The notes under the pieces were generated by a model, which saw only the letters and a list, made by a program, of their open reading frames with translations, was not told where the DNA came from and ran no database searches. DNA of 56,367 nucleotides, filler included, from Sphacelaria rigidula (Eukaryota): the NCBI GenBank assembly GCA_964200075.2. It is 3 parts of 3 records of this genome, joined end to end, with 100 filler letters (N's around TTAATTAATTAA, not from the genome) between each part and the next. Parts side by side here need not be neighbours in the genome. Positions count along the whole stretch, not along the records: positions 1 to 18,730 come from CAXNAA020000805.1; positions 18,831 to 37,556 come from CAXNAA020000806.1; 1 more part is not named here. One strand, given 5' to 3'. The position numbers were made by a program, and so were the translations under genes. Shown here one piece after another: positions 12,301-24,785 of the stretch (its first letter is position 1; every line of letters starts with the position of its first letter).

Positions 12301-15300
12301 ACTAGATGCGAAACTCTTGGGGATGGGGATGAGCGCGGGGACGGCGGTCGTGTCTGTTTCCAGTCCTCGCCTACGATTATGGCCCGCAAGCTTGAACTGT
12401 CGTACAAGCTTTGCCGCGGTATGTCTCCTGGTCGGTCGAAGTGTGACGAGAGCGTCACCAAAAAACACAAATAAAGAATCAACATACGATAATATCACAT
12501 TCATCTCTAGACCTACCACATGCATACGAGACACCTACAATCATGTTGTCTTCTGTCACCTAATACATTCACGTGCTCGCCTTCCGCGATTCAAATTTAT
12601 GCCGGAACCTGCACGTTTCCGTACTTGGCCGATGGCACAACCCCCCGCTGCCAGAGGATGTTTATGGGAAAGCACCTATCTCACGATGATAAACACACGC
12701 TCCGTCGTATTTGGTATTACCCTCCCGGAAAGAGCGCGTGGAGTAGTTCGGAGTGCATGTACAGCTCCTGCCAGCTCTTGATGCTACGTCACGCACGACG
12801 TCCACGTCGTACCGGCATGCAAGAAAACAGCATCACTTCGATGAAGTGGACCAATCCAAATCAGGAACGAGCTATGGGAATCGAGTTACCTCTCAGCTTT
12901 TTCGGAAGCTGCTGTGGATCTCCCTCTCGGTATGCCTAACTCTTGATGCATGTCCGATGCACTGTTGCCCTGTCGCTTGCACTGAATTATCGCGGAGCAG
13001 GGCTTCTGGTTTCGCCTTGCAGATCTTGACATCGTAAAATTATAAGGAGACATCTGGGAAGAGAAGCGATACGGGCCACGGCAAACAAGACTCGACTCGT
13101 GGTATCTCCGGGGGAAAATGTAGTACTTACGATTATGCATGGGGGTAAAAATAGAGCTTTTCACCCTACTTCTAACCCTTGGTCCAAATCGAGTCGTGGC
13201 ATGGGGCATACTGCCACCGGTAGAATTGGTGACGGAAGTTGTGGGGTACTGAGGTGTATCGACAGCTCAACGCAGTTGGGAAGCATGTTTGCCAAACATA
13301 CAACGTAGATGAGCAGCTCGGCAAGTCGAGGAATATTTATTTTCGTGGTGACAAACGAGAAACGCCGCTTCAGCAGGTCAAAACCTGAGACATCGCGACA
13401 TTAAAGTATAATCCGGAAAGCTCTAGATCGGGGACTACCTTTGTCAAAAATGGGTGTCACTTGACAAAGAAAAACTACCGCCCAAACCGCTAGCCGTGCA
13501 TGTCTACAACTGGACACCTGTTGGGCGGGATTCTACCAGAGTACGATCGGGGGAAATCCGGTCTGTGGGAAATAGACTACCCATTGTATAGAAATAGGAG
13601 GGTTGGGGCCTGAAGGGATTATGCGGCGCGCAGACCGTGTGTCATTGTCTTCCGTGCCCGGGCCATGGCTCGGCATGTCGGCCGTGACGTGTGTAAACCA
13701 CCATAATCTGCAATCGCTCCGGCAATGCATGCAATCGTTGCATGTGCGACAAATTTCCACGTAGTTACGTGCACAACAGAACGATGCATGCAGGAATTGG
13801 TACTGTACCCGCATTTCTCAACCATGACAAAAGGTTGCTATCGACCGGTCGGCCAAAACGGTTGGTTTCGAGCGAATCTTCCCAACCGCTCATACTCATT
13901 CGCCATCCATACAGCTGTCCACGCCTACAGAGGTCAAGGTTAATAAATTGAGGGATTGTTCGCAGACAAAAGTTCGGCATCATTCATACAGGCGGCGAAT
14001 ATGCGTTCATCCGACTTCGTGAGATAGTGCCCACGCAGTACAATATCGTAGTATGGAAATGTGATGAGTCAACTCCTCCGGGTATCACAGAAGCCGAGGG
14101 TCGGATACAAGTATAATGATGGCAAACATTAGCCATCGACCCTATGAAACCACCCAGACAACGATGTCAGATAAAACGGACAGTCCTGATTCTATCGGAC
14201 ATTAGTGAGTTGTGTTTCTTGGATGAATGGCACTTGAGGCACCTACCGCTTGGTTGCTGTCAGCCGCGAGTGCAGCACGCCGGCCCTTAGAAGGCTCTTG
14301 ACTGCTTTGCCCTCTCTTCTTCGAAGCCCCGCCGCATGTTTCTACTCCCCCGCGATCTTTCCCAGCCGTATCGCCTCGTTCACCATGCCGTCGAAGGGGA
14401 TCCGTAGTTCCTTCCACCGGATGCGCTGTGGGCTTTCCCATCCGAAGGCGGGTCGCCACGGATTCCTCCACTGCTCCTGTCGTCAAAGGAACGTGAATAG
14501 TACGTAGTGTAAGCCGCCGCGCTTCGGATGAAATAGAGCAAGCGTTCAGCCCAAACTTTCGGCAGTAAACTACTTGCGTGAAGTACGAAAGTTGTAGTTA
14601 TTCTCTTCAAAACCTGGTGAAGCTTAATATTTGCCCGCTATCCTGCAAGTACAAGCATTGTCAAGCCCGTTTTCTTCAGACGATTGGCCCCCCACAATAT
14701 CATCTCCTTGCCTTGTTTGTTGGTGCGGGGACCGTGGGTTTGTTCGACCAAACCGGCTCGGCGAGCGGCATCCAGGCTGTACATGACATAGTGAGCATCT
14801 TCCACGTTGCCCATCATACCATATTCCCTTGCGGTGCGCATAATACGATCCACTGCTTGCAGCTGATACGACATGTGTATGTATGAAAGGGTAGGTTTAA
14901 GGTTGGACAGCAAGCGATATTAGCGCAGTACGGACTACGCGTTGAAGATTCCGTTGTGGGGGCAAATGAGAGCCCCTACCTAGAGCTGCTGCCAGGATCA
15001 GAGGCCCACGTCGTTGCCTTCGCATTGCGTAAGTTTCGAGCTTGATCTTGTTAGTAAACCGTCTGAATCTACCCAACATATGAAACATGTCGTACCATGT
15101 CCCCTAGTCTGTGGAATACCCTTTTTCGCGATCACAATGCGCAGAGTAGTAGCACTTCACGCGGATGAAGGTTTTGTGTACCTGTGCCCGGGTGCATGGA
15201 CGCATGACGGGTGTGGCCTACGCAACGCAGAGCCGTACACTACCTGCTCAACACATGGGTACAGGTGAGCCACGCTTCTCTATAGTACTGGATAGGCAGC

Positions 15301-17485
15301 AGTTGCAGGTCACCCGGTAATTCTGTCAATGAGGTCTCAGACGGTAACTGAATGGTGTTTCACGATAGCCATACTGCAACATTCCGTCCAGCGTGGCAAC
15401 ATTTCGTTTTAGCATATACTTTGGAGAGCTATATTTACGCTGGGTATGCTCCTGAACATACCCTCGCGATCGTAGATTTTGATATGTGTGCTTGCTGCTC
15501 CCTTTTGCGAAGCCCTAGCGCCTCAATCTCGCGAGCCTGCTCTTCCAGGAGCTCCGAACGGTACACCTACGTACGCGATGTTAACGGGGACGGCTGTCTG
15601 TATGGTAGGAACGAGAAAAGAAGAGGGCAGGGTCTCACCATATCAACGTATGTTGTACTGTCGGATGTCCACTAATGAGCACAAAGGAGCAGCAGAGTGA
15701 AGAATTACCCCCTGACCCATACGCAGTCAAGCCAAGTATTCCGTGACGCTTACAGCCATTTTGGCCAACTATTGGTTGCTTCAATATGACCAACGGGTAT
15801 ATTGAACGGTACGAGATTAAACTCAAAATAATTCTGACGGACATCTGGTATCATACTTGGATTCTAAACGCTCGAAATTTGCGAAGGACTCTCGAGAAAA
15901 CGCTTCTGCAGGAACATCGAAGACTGCTTTGACTACGGTGTTGATAAGAGTTGGAGAAAAGCAACCGAGGCGTATGACCAACGGAAAAAATCGCAAGAAA
16001 TCACTGCAAGCGCAACCTTTTTCTCGTGGCAAAGGTTACTACTGCGTCATCTATGTACCAGCTCACGAGTTGTTGATAGCTATTGGCCTCGAAAATGTAT
16101 GAAACACCAGGACAGGGCGTGATCTTCGAAAACAAATCATGTTTACGACATCCACACCTCCAGCAAGTGGTTGGCCCGCTGGCGCCTATGCTCTCTCGCT
16201 CTCTGATGAAAGCTGACCCAGTCGCTCTGACGCTCCAGAGCCCTGTCGGACGCGGCTACCATCTCAAGCGCCGCTCTCCCGGAACTCGCATACCTGCAAA
16301 TTCAGATATCTTCCCCGAGGAGGTTAATTTGTCGTCCTGTTAAGTGTATCTTCAAGAAGGCGCACTTGTGAGCGGCAAACACCGACACGAAAGTCGAAAC
16401 AGCGCGCGGGGCTCAATTACCCGGTGGTATTGCGCGCCGTTCGGCATACTCCATGTAGCTCAGCTCGACGACAATGTGTCAAAATACCGGGTGGCTCAGG
16501 TTATCGTCCGAAGAATATTGCGCACGTGTGGCGAAAGCATCGTCCACCTTATTGAATGCGTTTCATGGCACCTGGGTTTGTTGTTGAGTGACGCGGGTAC
16601 CCACCTGTCAAGGGTGGTGTTCGGCCGGCGCCATGCCACAAGAGAATGCACGCTCTTCCCTCGAAACCCTTTGGCCTGCGGCTCAAAATCTCCGCTGTAA
16701 CGGAGACAATAGCCGAGCGTCGACAACATGCGGCACGGGAAACGCATCCGTGGCGAGGGGAATGTACCGACGGTGTCACTAGAACGTTCGTCGGGTTCTG
16801 GGTCAATGACAACCGGCTTGACGTAACCTTGTCGGATAGCACACCTAAGATTTGTGGGCGATACTGTCAGCCAAGGCTTGATTTCAGTTAGACAAATAAC
16901 AAATCGGACATAAACTTATCCAAAACTGGGGTGTATGGGGGACATCTAAATAAGCACAGTATTAAACGGTTCGGACTAATCATTGCCGGTTCGAATAACC
17001 AAATCCACGATTTCTCGGGCCTGATTTCTCGAAAGAGAGAAAATAGTCGACCGCTGGTCAAACAGGTCTCCACGCAACTTTTGCGCCATCCCTCGTGCCT
17101 GGGCTGCGCGTACCTGGCTTGCAACGGTGAGAACGAAGCCCAAGGATTGATTCGTACGATACGAATCAGTTACACTAAAATCGAATAGTTTCCAGACGAA
17201 TCATCAAATCGTTCGACCCTTGCTGTCTTCCCCAGCATGCGGACGTGCCTATGGGTTGAGATGCTCCGGGCGGCGAAAGTACCGTGATCCCGCCGCTCCT
17301 GCCAAATGGAAATAAAGACACCATGTGCTTGGGGGGGGGGGGGGGGGGGGGGGGGAAAAGGGTTTTTGGGGGAATCTGCACACGCCGCCGAAAAAGAAAA
17401 CAGAAAAAATGGCGGAGGGGGGGGGCGGGCGGAGGGCCCGCCGCCCGCGCCCGCAGCCCCCTGAGCTGGGGGGAGGAGGCGGGGG

Positions 17486-17522
<37 letters not shown>

Positions 17523-17888
17523 CTGGGAAAGGACTTTATCGGGTAACTTCTACATCGCACAGTAGAAGACATCGTAAACATTTGCGAGTGCAACTAAAAT
17601 GAATGAATATATATATATATATATATATGTATATCTGCGCGCCGCAAGCATGCTCGTACCCTCTGCGGTATGCTCTAGTCCAACAAGTAGGCCAAAGAAA
17701 CAACAAGCATTCTTGGTTGTTTCTCACCGAAGATGTGCGGTCAGAGAGCGTTTGCCGCGGTGATCAGAACGGTCGAATGCGTACTTCAGCGTCCCTTCTT
17801 CGCGAAGATGTCCCAAGTAAGCGTGTGCCTTGGGCTGCGTTTGCCTGACAGCGAGATCTTCCTCCGCATCGAAAAAGTTGAGGAAGTC
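9312..17888 (-). CDS. Uncharacterised multi-exon protein (charged helical segment plus an internally repeated motif); 5' end probably further upstream or outside the segment
   Basis: Phase-consistent chain of minus-strand exons: 17888-17728 (DFLNFFDAEEDLAV...), 17113-17052, 16827-16605, 16293-16158, 15566-15462 (VYRSELLEEQAREIEAL...), 14862-14712, 14476-14247, 13924-13846, 13248-13177. Less certain exons lie near 12785-12722, 12258-12212, 11565-~11390, ~11165-11050, ~10922-10716, ~9672-9515, and a last exon ending in TAA at 9312-9314. No family recognised; the lower half could be a separate gene. Confidence 0.55.
11921..12131. mobile_element. About 210-bp MITE-like element with ~50-bp imperfect inverted repeats and an internal TTAGGG-like tract
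   Basis: Left gggaggaccgcgttctcaggggaccacatcggaattaaaacacc matches the reverse complement of right ggtgttttgaactacgatgtggccctttgagcacgcaatcctctc. Core: ggttagggttagagttggggctagtgttggg. Confidence 0.65.
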
Positions 17889-18730
17889 CTGTTGCCATTA
17901 TTAGTCGTAAATAAAAAAACCGGCAGCACTTTCGGCACCATCTTCGACATAACATTCTAGTTGCCGTTGTTAGGCTCGAGTGATCATAGTGTTCATTTTA
18001 TTCTGCAGCGTTCCTGCAGTACTTGATACGGGAAAAAAAAACCCGACAGCACCCTGCCCTTGAACCGTTTTCTTTCGACGGGGTATCCGCTTGTGGTGCA
18101 GATTATTTGAGTTAGATCTGCGCTTGTGTGGAAACATTATTTGACACTTATTGTCCGTGTCACCTGCACATCTGACACTAGCGTTTTCGCTTGGCCGAAC
18201 GTCCCTCCACGTGGTATTATTCGGGCAAAATTCCGGTCGCAACATCCCCGCCCCGCCTGCCGTGCGACGGGCTCATCGACCTCCTCCTTAACATCCCCTC
18301 CCCGTTCCCTCGCTTGGTGTTGTTGTGCTCACATCAGTGGGCAGGTGCCGTGAGCGGAGTTGAGAACGGGACGGAGAAGTTGGTGTGGGTAGTTCCTGAC
18401 TTCTTTGACCAGGCAAAGTCGACGGTGTTTCCGAGGACGCTTACCCCGAGGTGTTGATGAAACCATGAAGCTACTTAATTTGTACCTTGGCTTGTTGTAC
18501 GTTAGACTAATGCCGCGATTCCCCCCCCCCCCCTGCCCCGAAAAATTACTGCCTTGAGGAGGCAACATCTACATCCAAACCAAAGTAACAACATACAGAG
18601 CACACCGAGCAGCTGGAAACTCCCATGGATTGCTGCCGAAATAGCCTCCCCCCCAAAACCGGCCAAAAACGTGCACGGGGGCGATGATTATAAGTGCCGT
18701 TAAAGCTGGTTTCGTGCTGCACGACGCGAC

Positions 18731-18830
18731 NNNNNNNNNNNNNNNNNNNNNNNNNNNNNNNNNNNNNNNNNNNNTTAATTAATTAANNNNNNNNNNNNNN
18801 NNNNNNNNNNNNNNNNNNNNNNNNNNNNNN
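18731..18830. other. Artificial scaffold linker (N44-TTAATTAATTAA-N44)
   Basis: Exactly 100 nt. TTAATTAATTAA gives stop codons in all six frames. Identical to the linker at 37557-37656. Confidence 0.97.
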
Positions 18831-19195
18831 TGGGTGGGTTTTGGGTTCGAATCTTGGGGCGAGCTGTTTTTTTTTTCTCAAACAGTGTCTAAAAGTGGAG
18901 AGCAATTATGTCGTGGGAACACATAATTCGACTTGATGGTCGACGAGGGAAAGGAATCGCTGGACCCCTCTCGCGATAACAAAGAAAGGCAAGCACCGCA
19001 GAAGGAAGGCGGAGAACGAAAACAAACAAAAAAGGAGAAACTTCTGTGTTGACCTTCCTCCTGTATGACGACCCCAGCTGGTGCGCCCGCATATACCGAA
19101 ACGTAATATGGGCGTCCAGAATAGATGGGACGGCGCGACACACACAAGACACATCGAACGTAGTGGCCGAAAATGACGTGACTTGCGACCATTTA
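18831..19195 (+). repeat. SINE-like repeat family A, copy 1
   Basis: B-box ggttcgaatc near 18844. The body is homologous in reverse orientation to 47600-47930 (cttcctcctg, tcgacgagggaaagg, gcaagcaccgc) and partly to 25645-25775. Confidence 0.65.
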
Positions 19196-20778
19196 TTTGG
19201 AGCCTGTATGTACCAACGCGAGCGTATTTGTCTTGAGGGTGTAAACACTCTCAGGGCAGTTGATATCCTTGAAACTTTGCGGTCGAAGCTTGAAACCCTG
19301 CGGCGCTCAGTTGTGTATATCCAATCAACCGGCAGAGTGGCTCCACGGTATAAGACGAACCCATGATGATACTATACCAGGTTTTGCCGCGCAGCTTCCG
19401 CTGCTCTGTGCAGTGCACTACATAACAGTTTTAGCGACGAGCAAATCTATGGGGTACCGCAGCGTGTACAAAAATACCCCGTCTCGTGAGTAAAATGCCG
19501 GTTATGCTAGACGGGCCCTCGACCGTGTTCGATACGTTAGGCGATAATCTTTTTGAATCTTTGTTTTTGAGGCTTTTTTTTTTCTGTTCGCCCATGCAGT
19601 TGGCGAACAGTCGGGAAAAAATCCCCCGCGGTCCGAAAATAGCCGTTCCTCGCCCCTATTCCGGGGGGGGGGGGGGGGGGCCTAAAAAGGGGGAGAACAC
19701 GGGGAAAAAGCTTTTTGCCCTCGCCCCCCCAAGANNNNNNNNNNGGAGAGCCACGCAAGTGAGGGCAGGGCCGGGGGGTGGAAAGAGGCCCCCCTTAAAC
19801 AAGGTGGAAAACAGTGACAAAAGTTACTTGTCCTCAACCTCCGTAGAACTTGATGCTAGATGGTCTTGCACAATAATATGAAGGCTTTCCAAAAAATGAC
19901 TCCCTGAAGAATGTACTCGTACGTTCCAGTCGCATCAGTCATATCCCGCAGTGTCAATTGTACTGGGTTCAGAGAGTAAATTATCGTAGCAAGATGGGTG
20001 ATCACAATCAGCACGGACAGCTAACTCAGCAAGCGTATTAGTCAGGTGGAGAACCCACACCACGCAAGAGGAACGTCACTGCGCATATCGCAAGCGCCCA
20101 CAAGTTGAACCGTGGGTCTGACCAGGAGTAAAGGACGAAGCTGGTACCGTGTTCTCGTACATGCGACCCCCAGCCCGTCTGTGCTCACCGTGAGCATGTA
20201 GTACTGTTTGCTGATTGTGAAAACTGCGCACCATCCACAGCACTGACGCCTTGGGCAAGGGCTCTGTCGGGGTCATTCGTCACATTGCTCTTCGGCCCCA
20301 AACTCTCATATATATGAGGGAGCCTGAACGATGCCTCGTCGCTGTTTCTTGTAGAGCCTTCATCCACAACCGGGCGAATAATCATATGATGAGGCTCCCA
20401 AGATTCTGTGCCACCTAAGTTCCCCATTGATACCGTACCCCCTACACTGCCATCAGATAGACAGTGGTTAATATATAAAAAAACACGTATCCACCGTTTC
20501 AATACACGCCCCCGCCCTCAGCTGCTTGCGCTACTGAACCTGTGACTGTGACACGTTGATGTGGTACCGGCCAACACATCGTCAAAGTTTCGGCCTCGTC
20601 ACACACGAGGTGCGCCTTGTCTCTTCGTCTTACCTCCCAAAATACCGGCTCCATATTATCGAAAAGGAGCAACACTACTGTATACAGGATATGCTTCGAT
20701 GTATCTCGTGTCGACAAAAATATGGAACAACATGCCTCGCAAATAACCCTTTCCCTCAAGCCACTTCAGTCGCACTCC

Positions 20779-21564
20779 CTACAATAGCCCGAACAAAGTA
20801 TTCCCCTCATAGACAGACACTGCGGGCCCCTTCGCATCAAGAGAAGCCACGCCTGCTTTAACCATTGCCGCGCCCAAAGCCTCGATGTGGATCTCCTTGT
20901 ACTTCATAGGTAGGGCCCAGGATACCATCTTGGAGGCAACGGGCGCCCACCCGGGAGTGTTGGCGTTACCCACGAGGGTTGCGGGCCGGAAAATTCCGAC
21001 GGACTCGAGCCCAACATCCTCGAAATTCTTCTCAACCTGAATGTTTCAAGTTCGGTGTTATCATGTATGGAACGAAAAAGCAGACGACAAAAGTGTATCA
21101 GAACTGTGGCAGATTTGAACAGCTGCCACCCAACATGATGACGCCGACTTTTGCGCGGAGGGCTGCAGGCGTCAGAGATATCAGAATCTGCGGGGGTAAC
21201 TACTTCCTCTTGTACATACCCTTAGTATCTCGTCAACACACTGATGTACACACTAGATTTCCCTGTATTTCATAACCCAAGTAGGTACAGGCCGTTCTTG
21301 TGTGTAATGCAGAAAATGGCTTACCTGACCCTTGAGCCCGAGGTACAGGCCGCCACCGGCTACGGTGCCCGTCAACCTCGACGGCTTGCAGCTCGCGTCC
21401 GCGCCCACTGACGAGAGGAGTGATATGTGTTTCACGCAGCCAGCGACCTTAGATGCCTTCGCAAACTCCGTCGGGATCACGACGTCGACGTGTTTGAGTT
21501 GTTCCTCGGTTATCTTGGAAGGCTGGCCAGCTCCCATGGTAACAAAGCAGGCACTGACATCCGC
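20779..21564 (-). CDS. HTATIP2/TIP30 (Fmp52/YraR)-like NAD(P)-binding atypical SDR oxidoreductase, last two exons
   Basis: Exons 21564-21325 (aag|GCG ... CAG|gtaag) and 21036-20779 (cag|GTT ... TAG), both phase 0. The peptide contains CFVTMG, HVDVVIPTEFAKASK, HISLLSSVGAD, YLGLKGQVE (YxxxK) and IFRPATLVG, typical of this family. The N-terminal glycine-rich exon was not found. Confidence 0.85.
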
Positions 21565-21799
21565 CTTTTGCAGGATAGGACTTTGTCGTGTTCATGTATG
21601 TGCCGTGGGCGGGATGGATGCGCGCGGTGAGTTGCGGGTTGGGGGTTCAGGAATGGATGACTGGTTGAGTAGGGCAGGCGGGTGGGAGCGGGTCGACTAC
21701 GACACAGCGCAGGCCTCGCAAATCCAGATGTTTGCTCACTATGCTAAGCTTGGAAAAAAATTACGGTTAACAGTCGTTTTGATCACAAAATCATGCCAT

Positions 21800-22085
21800 A
21801 CGAGCTGGGGCAGCAGTAAATCCCGCACTTGCATGTCACACCATGACTTATCAACTTCACAAAATCAGCTCCACTTGAGCATATCGCTGCGAACTGGAGA
21901 CCAACCCTGTAACACACGGCACCGTCGTTGAGAGAAGAAAAGAAAATGCAAAAAAGTGTACTGCATAGTACATGACCTTAACGACGGAACGAAAAAAGAG
22001 AGAATCGGTCGGGATTCGAACTCGTGACCTCCATAGCTGGAGTTTCCTGTATCACTTGGATGAAAGGGGCGCAGGGGTGTCCCAC
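21800..22085 (-). repeat. tRNA-derived SINE-like family B, copy 1
   Basis: Minus-strand head ...atccaag...ggaggtcacgagttcgaatcccg (B-box) and tail gcgggatttactgctg.cccagctcgt, both shared with 35905-36145; tail also shared with 24630-24785. Confidence 0.65.
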
Positions 22086-22210
22086 AAACATTGCCCGGCT
22101 GCGCCTAATCATGAGAGTTTTTGGCCAAACTTTCATCAGCGTCTCCGGCACCCGAGTATGCACAACATTGCTGGGGATGCCACCGTATTCCTTTTATTTT
22201 CACGGATTTT

Positions 22211-23902
22211 GGCTACTTCTCATGTATCGAAAAACACGTTGTCAGAAAAGCCCTTTTTCAACAACACGTTTTCCAACAGAATTTTTCAGACTAGCCCTTC
22301 TTCCGTGATCGACGCACTATCAACATTGAAAACGCAGTGTCCATTTTCTATGAGGTGTGCAGGTATGATCTCAAATTCTGGGGCGCGCGAGAGAGACGCA
22401 GTACTCTGCTGTCCTGTCGTGGTGTACGGTCCGTACTGACTGGCTGTACTACTATGATATATTGCCTGAGCAATACATGGGCTGCGTGACGCAAGACCAT
22501 CAATAAGAACACCGCCTTGCTGTACCAACTGACTGTAGAAGTGACGGTTGTGTTTTTTCACTGCACGGTAGTACTTGACTGAAACGACAGCACGGACAAC
22601 GGTACACACAACAAGAGTGCTGTATTGCATGCATCGGCTGTATTACTACAACAGACAGTAGCACTCTTCATAGTCTTGTGTGTACTGTCAGTACGGTCCT
22701 GTATCTACAAGGCTTGGGTGCGTAGGCAGTCTGTATTGCAAAGCGACGTCTGTTCGCAACAAGCTGCATGCACAGATTTCAACTGAGCTGCAAGTTCGCT
22801 GCACTGTACAGTACAGACACTGCTGTTGTGTTGTATGCGTTGCATCTACCACAACAGCAGTAGCACTACAAGGCTCATAGTCTCGTGTGTATCGTCAGTC
22901 CGGTCCTTTCTCTACAAGGCTTAGGTGCGTGGGCAGTCTGTAAAGCATTGCAACGGCTGTTGTTGACAACACGCTGAGTGCACAGACATGAACTGAGCTA
23001 CAATACTGTTCGGACGACGTACAGCATAGACTGTGGCGTCTGTACAGCAGTCGCCATCGACCCTGCCCTCTGCTGTTCTCATTGGGTAAAGGGCTACCAC
23101 GCTACTGGCGAGCGAAGGACAATGATGCAATACGCTGAATGCCCGCGAGCACCAACGATAGCACTAGTAGTAGTGATGGCAGCCAAGCCGTCACAAGTGC
23201 TGTCGTGGGCTGTAATGCGTGTTCAAACGTGTTCGAACGAGGTTCAAACGCTTTTTGAAAAACGTTTTTCGATAGCCCGAAGTTATCGGAAAATCCTGGT
23301 TTTGTTATAACTTTGGGCTATCGGAAAATGTTGTCAGAATTTTTTTTATCAGAAATGATCACATAATAAGTGGGTTTTGGGTCATTTATCAGAAAACGCG
23401 TTTTCTGATAGAGTTTTTTCTATACGTAAGAAGTAGCATTCTTACGTATCGAAAAGTAAAAGTTGTTGGAAAGTGCTTTTTTGGCCCTTCTCCGTCGTTC
23501 TTGGCCCCCAAAAGGGGCTAGGCGGATGTGGACACCTTGGAATGACTTGCTCTACTCGCTGAGACCGCTCCAGAGCACCTTTGCGTTTTCTGTAGGTCAT
23601 AGTTTCGTTCTTGGCCGAAAATGCATTTTCAATAGCAAACGGTCGAGTTATTAAAGAAATGGCAGTTTTCTCCCTATTTTTCGATAACTTGACCGTTTGT
23701 TATTGAAAATGCATTTTTGGCCAAGAACGAAACTGTGACCTACAGAAAACGCAAAGGTGCTCTGGAACGGTCTCAGCGAGTAGAGCAAGTCATTCCAAGG
23801 TATCCACATCCGCCTAGCCCTTTTGGGGGGACAAAAACGACGGAGAAGGGCCAAAAAAGCACTTTCCAACAACTTTTACTTTTCGACACATGAGAAGTAG
23901 CC
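22211..23902. mobile_element. Non-autonomous TIR element(s): two tandem units sharing a ~23-bp TIR (GGCTACTTCTCATGTATCGAAAA)
   Basis: TIR at 22211-22233, with its reverse complement (1 mismatch) at 23880-23902. Back-to-back TIR variants at about 23417-23455. Degenerate internal duplication of 22648-22798 at 22851-23006. Confidence 0.7.
23439..23897. repeat. Long near-perfect inverted repeat (arms about 213 bp, loop about 30 bp)
   Basis: 23439-23651 is the reverse complement of about 23684-23897 with few mismatches. ORFs 23463..23654(+) and 23651..23872(-) give nearly identical peptides. Confidence 0.95.
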
Positions 23903-24169
23903 TTATAGCATTTTTCCAGTTTTTACTTATACTTTAAATCGCTCTGACCTTCTCTCTGTTTTTTTCCGAGGCATCCCTAGAAATGTTGCGCGTGTTGACG
24001 ATAAAAATGTCGCCTCATAATTCCCGCGCCCAACTCCTCGAATTACCCACAGTCGGGCCCGGAAACGTTCAAAAATCACTTGTCAGCTGACCCAGCTCGT
24101 ATTATTGGGGTGCGAAAGGCAGTGCGTACAGAGCACGATATTTTCTTTTCTCTATATTCACACTTTCAT

Positions 24170-24430
24170 TCACTCCCCTTCCTCTGGACAAATCTGTGAT
24201 GTCGAGCGATCGACCCACCTCTCCCCCGACACACGCCTTACATGGTCGTATGGCAGATTGGATGAGCACTCCGCACCGCGTCGACTCTCGTCAAATAAAC
24301 TCCCGTATTCCTATTCACGCCCTCACGTTCTCAACAACGAAAATAAATAAATAAAAACTGCCGGGTTCACACCCGAACCCTTCTACCTTAACCGGTTTCC
24401 GTCGTACCAGTGACGCCACTGGGGCGAGCA
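24170..24430 (-). repeat. Putative tRNA-derived SINE-like element (family C)
   Basis: Minus-strand head with A-box-like tggcgtcactgg and a degenerate B-box ggtgtgaaccc, then a T-rich stretch and a body. Single copy in the window. Confidence 0.35.
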
Positions 24431-24629
24431 TCTTGCAACGTTTGTGCGTGTCTCTCGCGGAACAGGTGTGGCGAAAAAACATGAGGAAAAACGATGCTTC
24501 GCGGCGCATGTTGGCCCGAAAAACAGCGGTGCTGCGCCTGGGGGGTGTACATACTTTCAATGAACCAATGGACGCTTCGGTATATGCCGTAGATGATGAC
24601 GAATATACCGCGTTTTTGGCAAGAATCGG

Positions 24630-24785
24630 CGCACTCGAACCGATTTTTCCATTCAGCGGCGGTGCCGTGCGTTACCAGGTTGGTCCGCAGGTCACACCGA
24701 TATACTCGAGTGGGGATGAATTGGTAAACTTCATAAGTTATGGTGTGACATGCTAATGCGGGATTTACTGCTGGCCCAGCTCGTA
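24630..24785 (+). repeat. SINE-like family B, 5'-truncated copy 2
   Basis: Shares ggttggtc..caggtcac...gatatactc.agt and ggtgtgacatgc...gcgggatttactgctggcccagctcgt with the other two copies. Confidence 0.6.

Noticed and set aside
17249..17593. Poly-Gly and poly-Pro ORFs
   Set aside because: They arise from poly-G runs and homopolymer-rich, probably low-quality sequence inside an intron.
21332..21931. 199-aa plus-strand ORF
   Set aside because: Antisense shadow of the oxidoreductase exon, running on into intron and SINE sequence.
23463..23872. Pair of near-identical convergent small ORFs
   Set aside because: A by-product of the inverted repeat, with non-ATG starts and no coding features.
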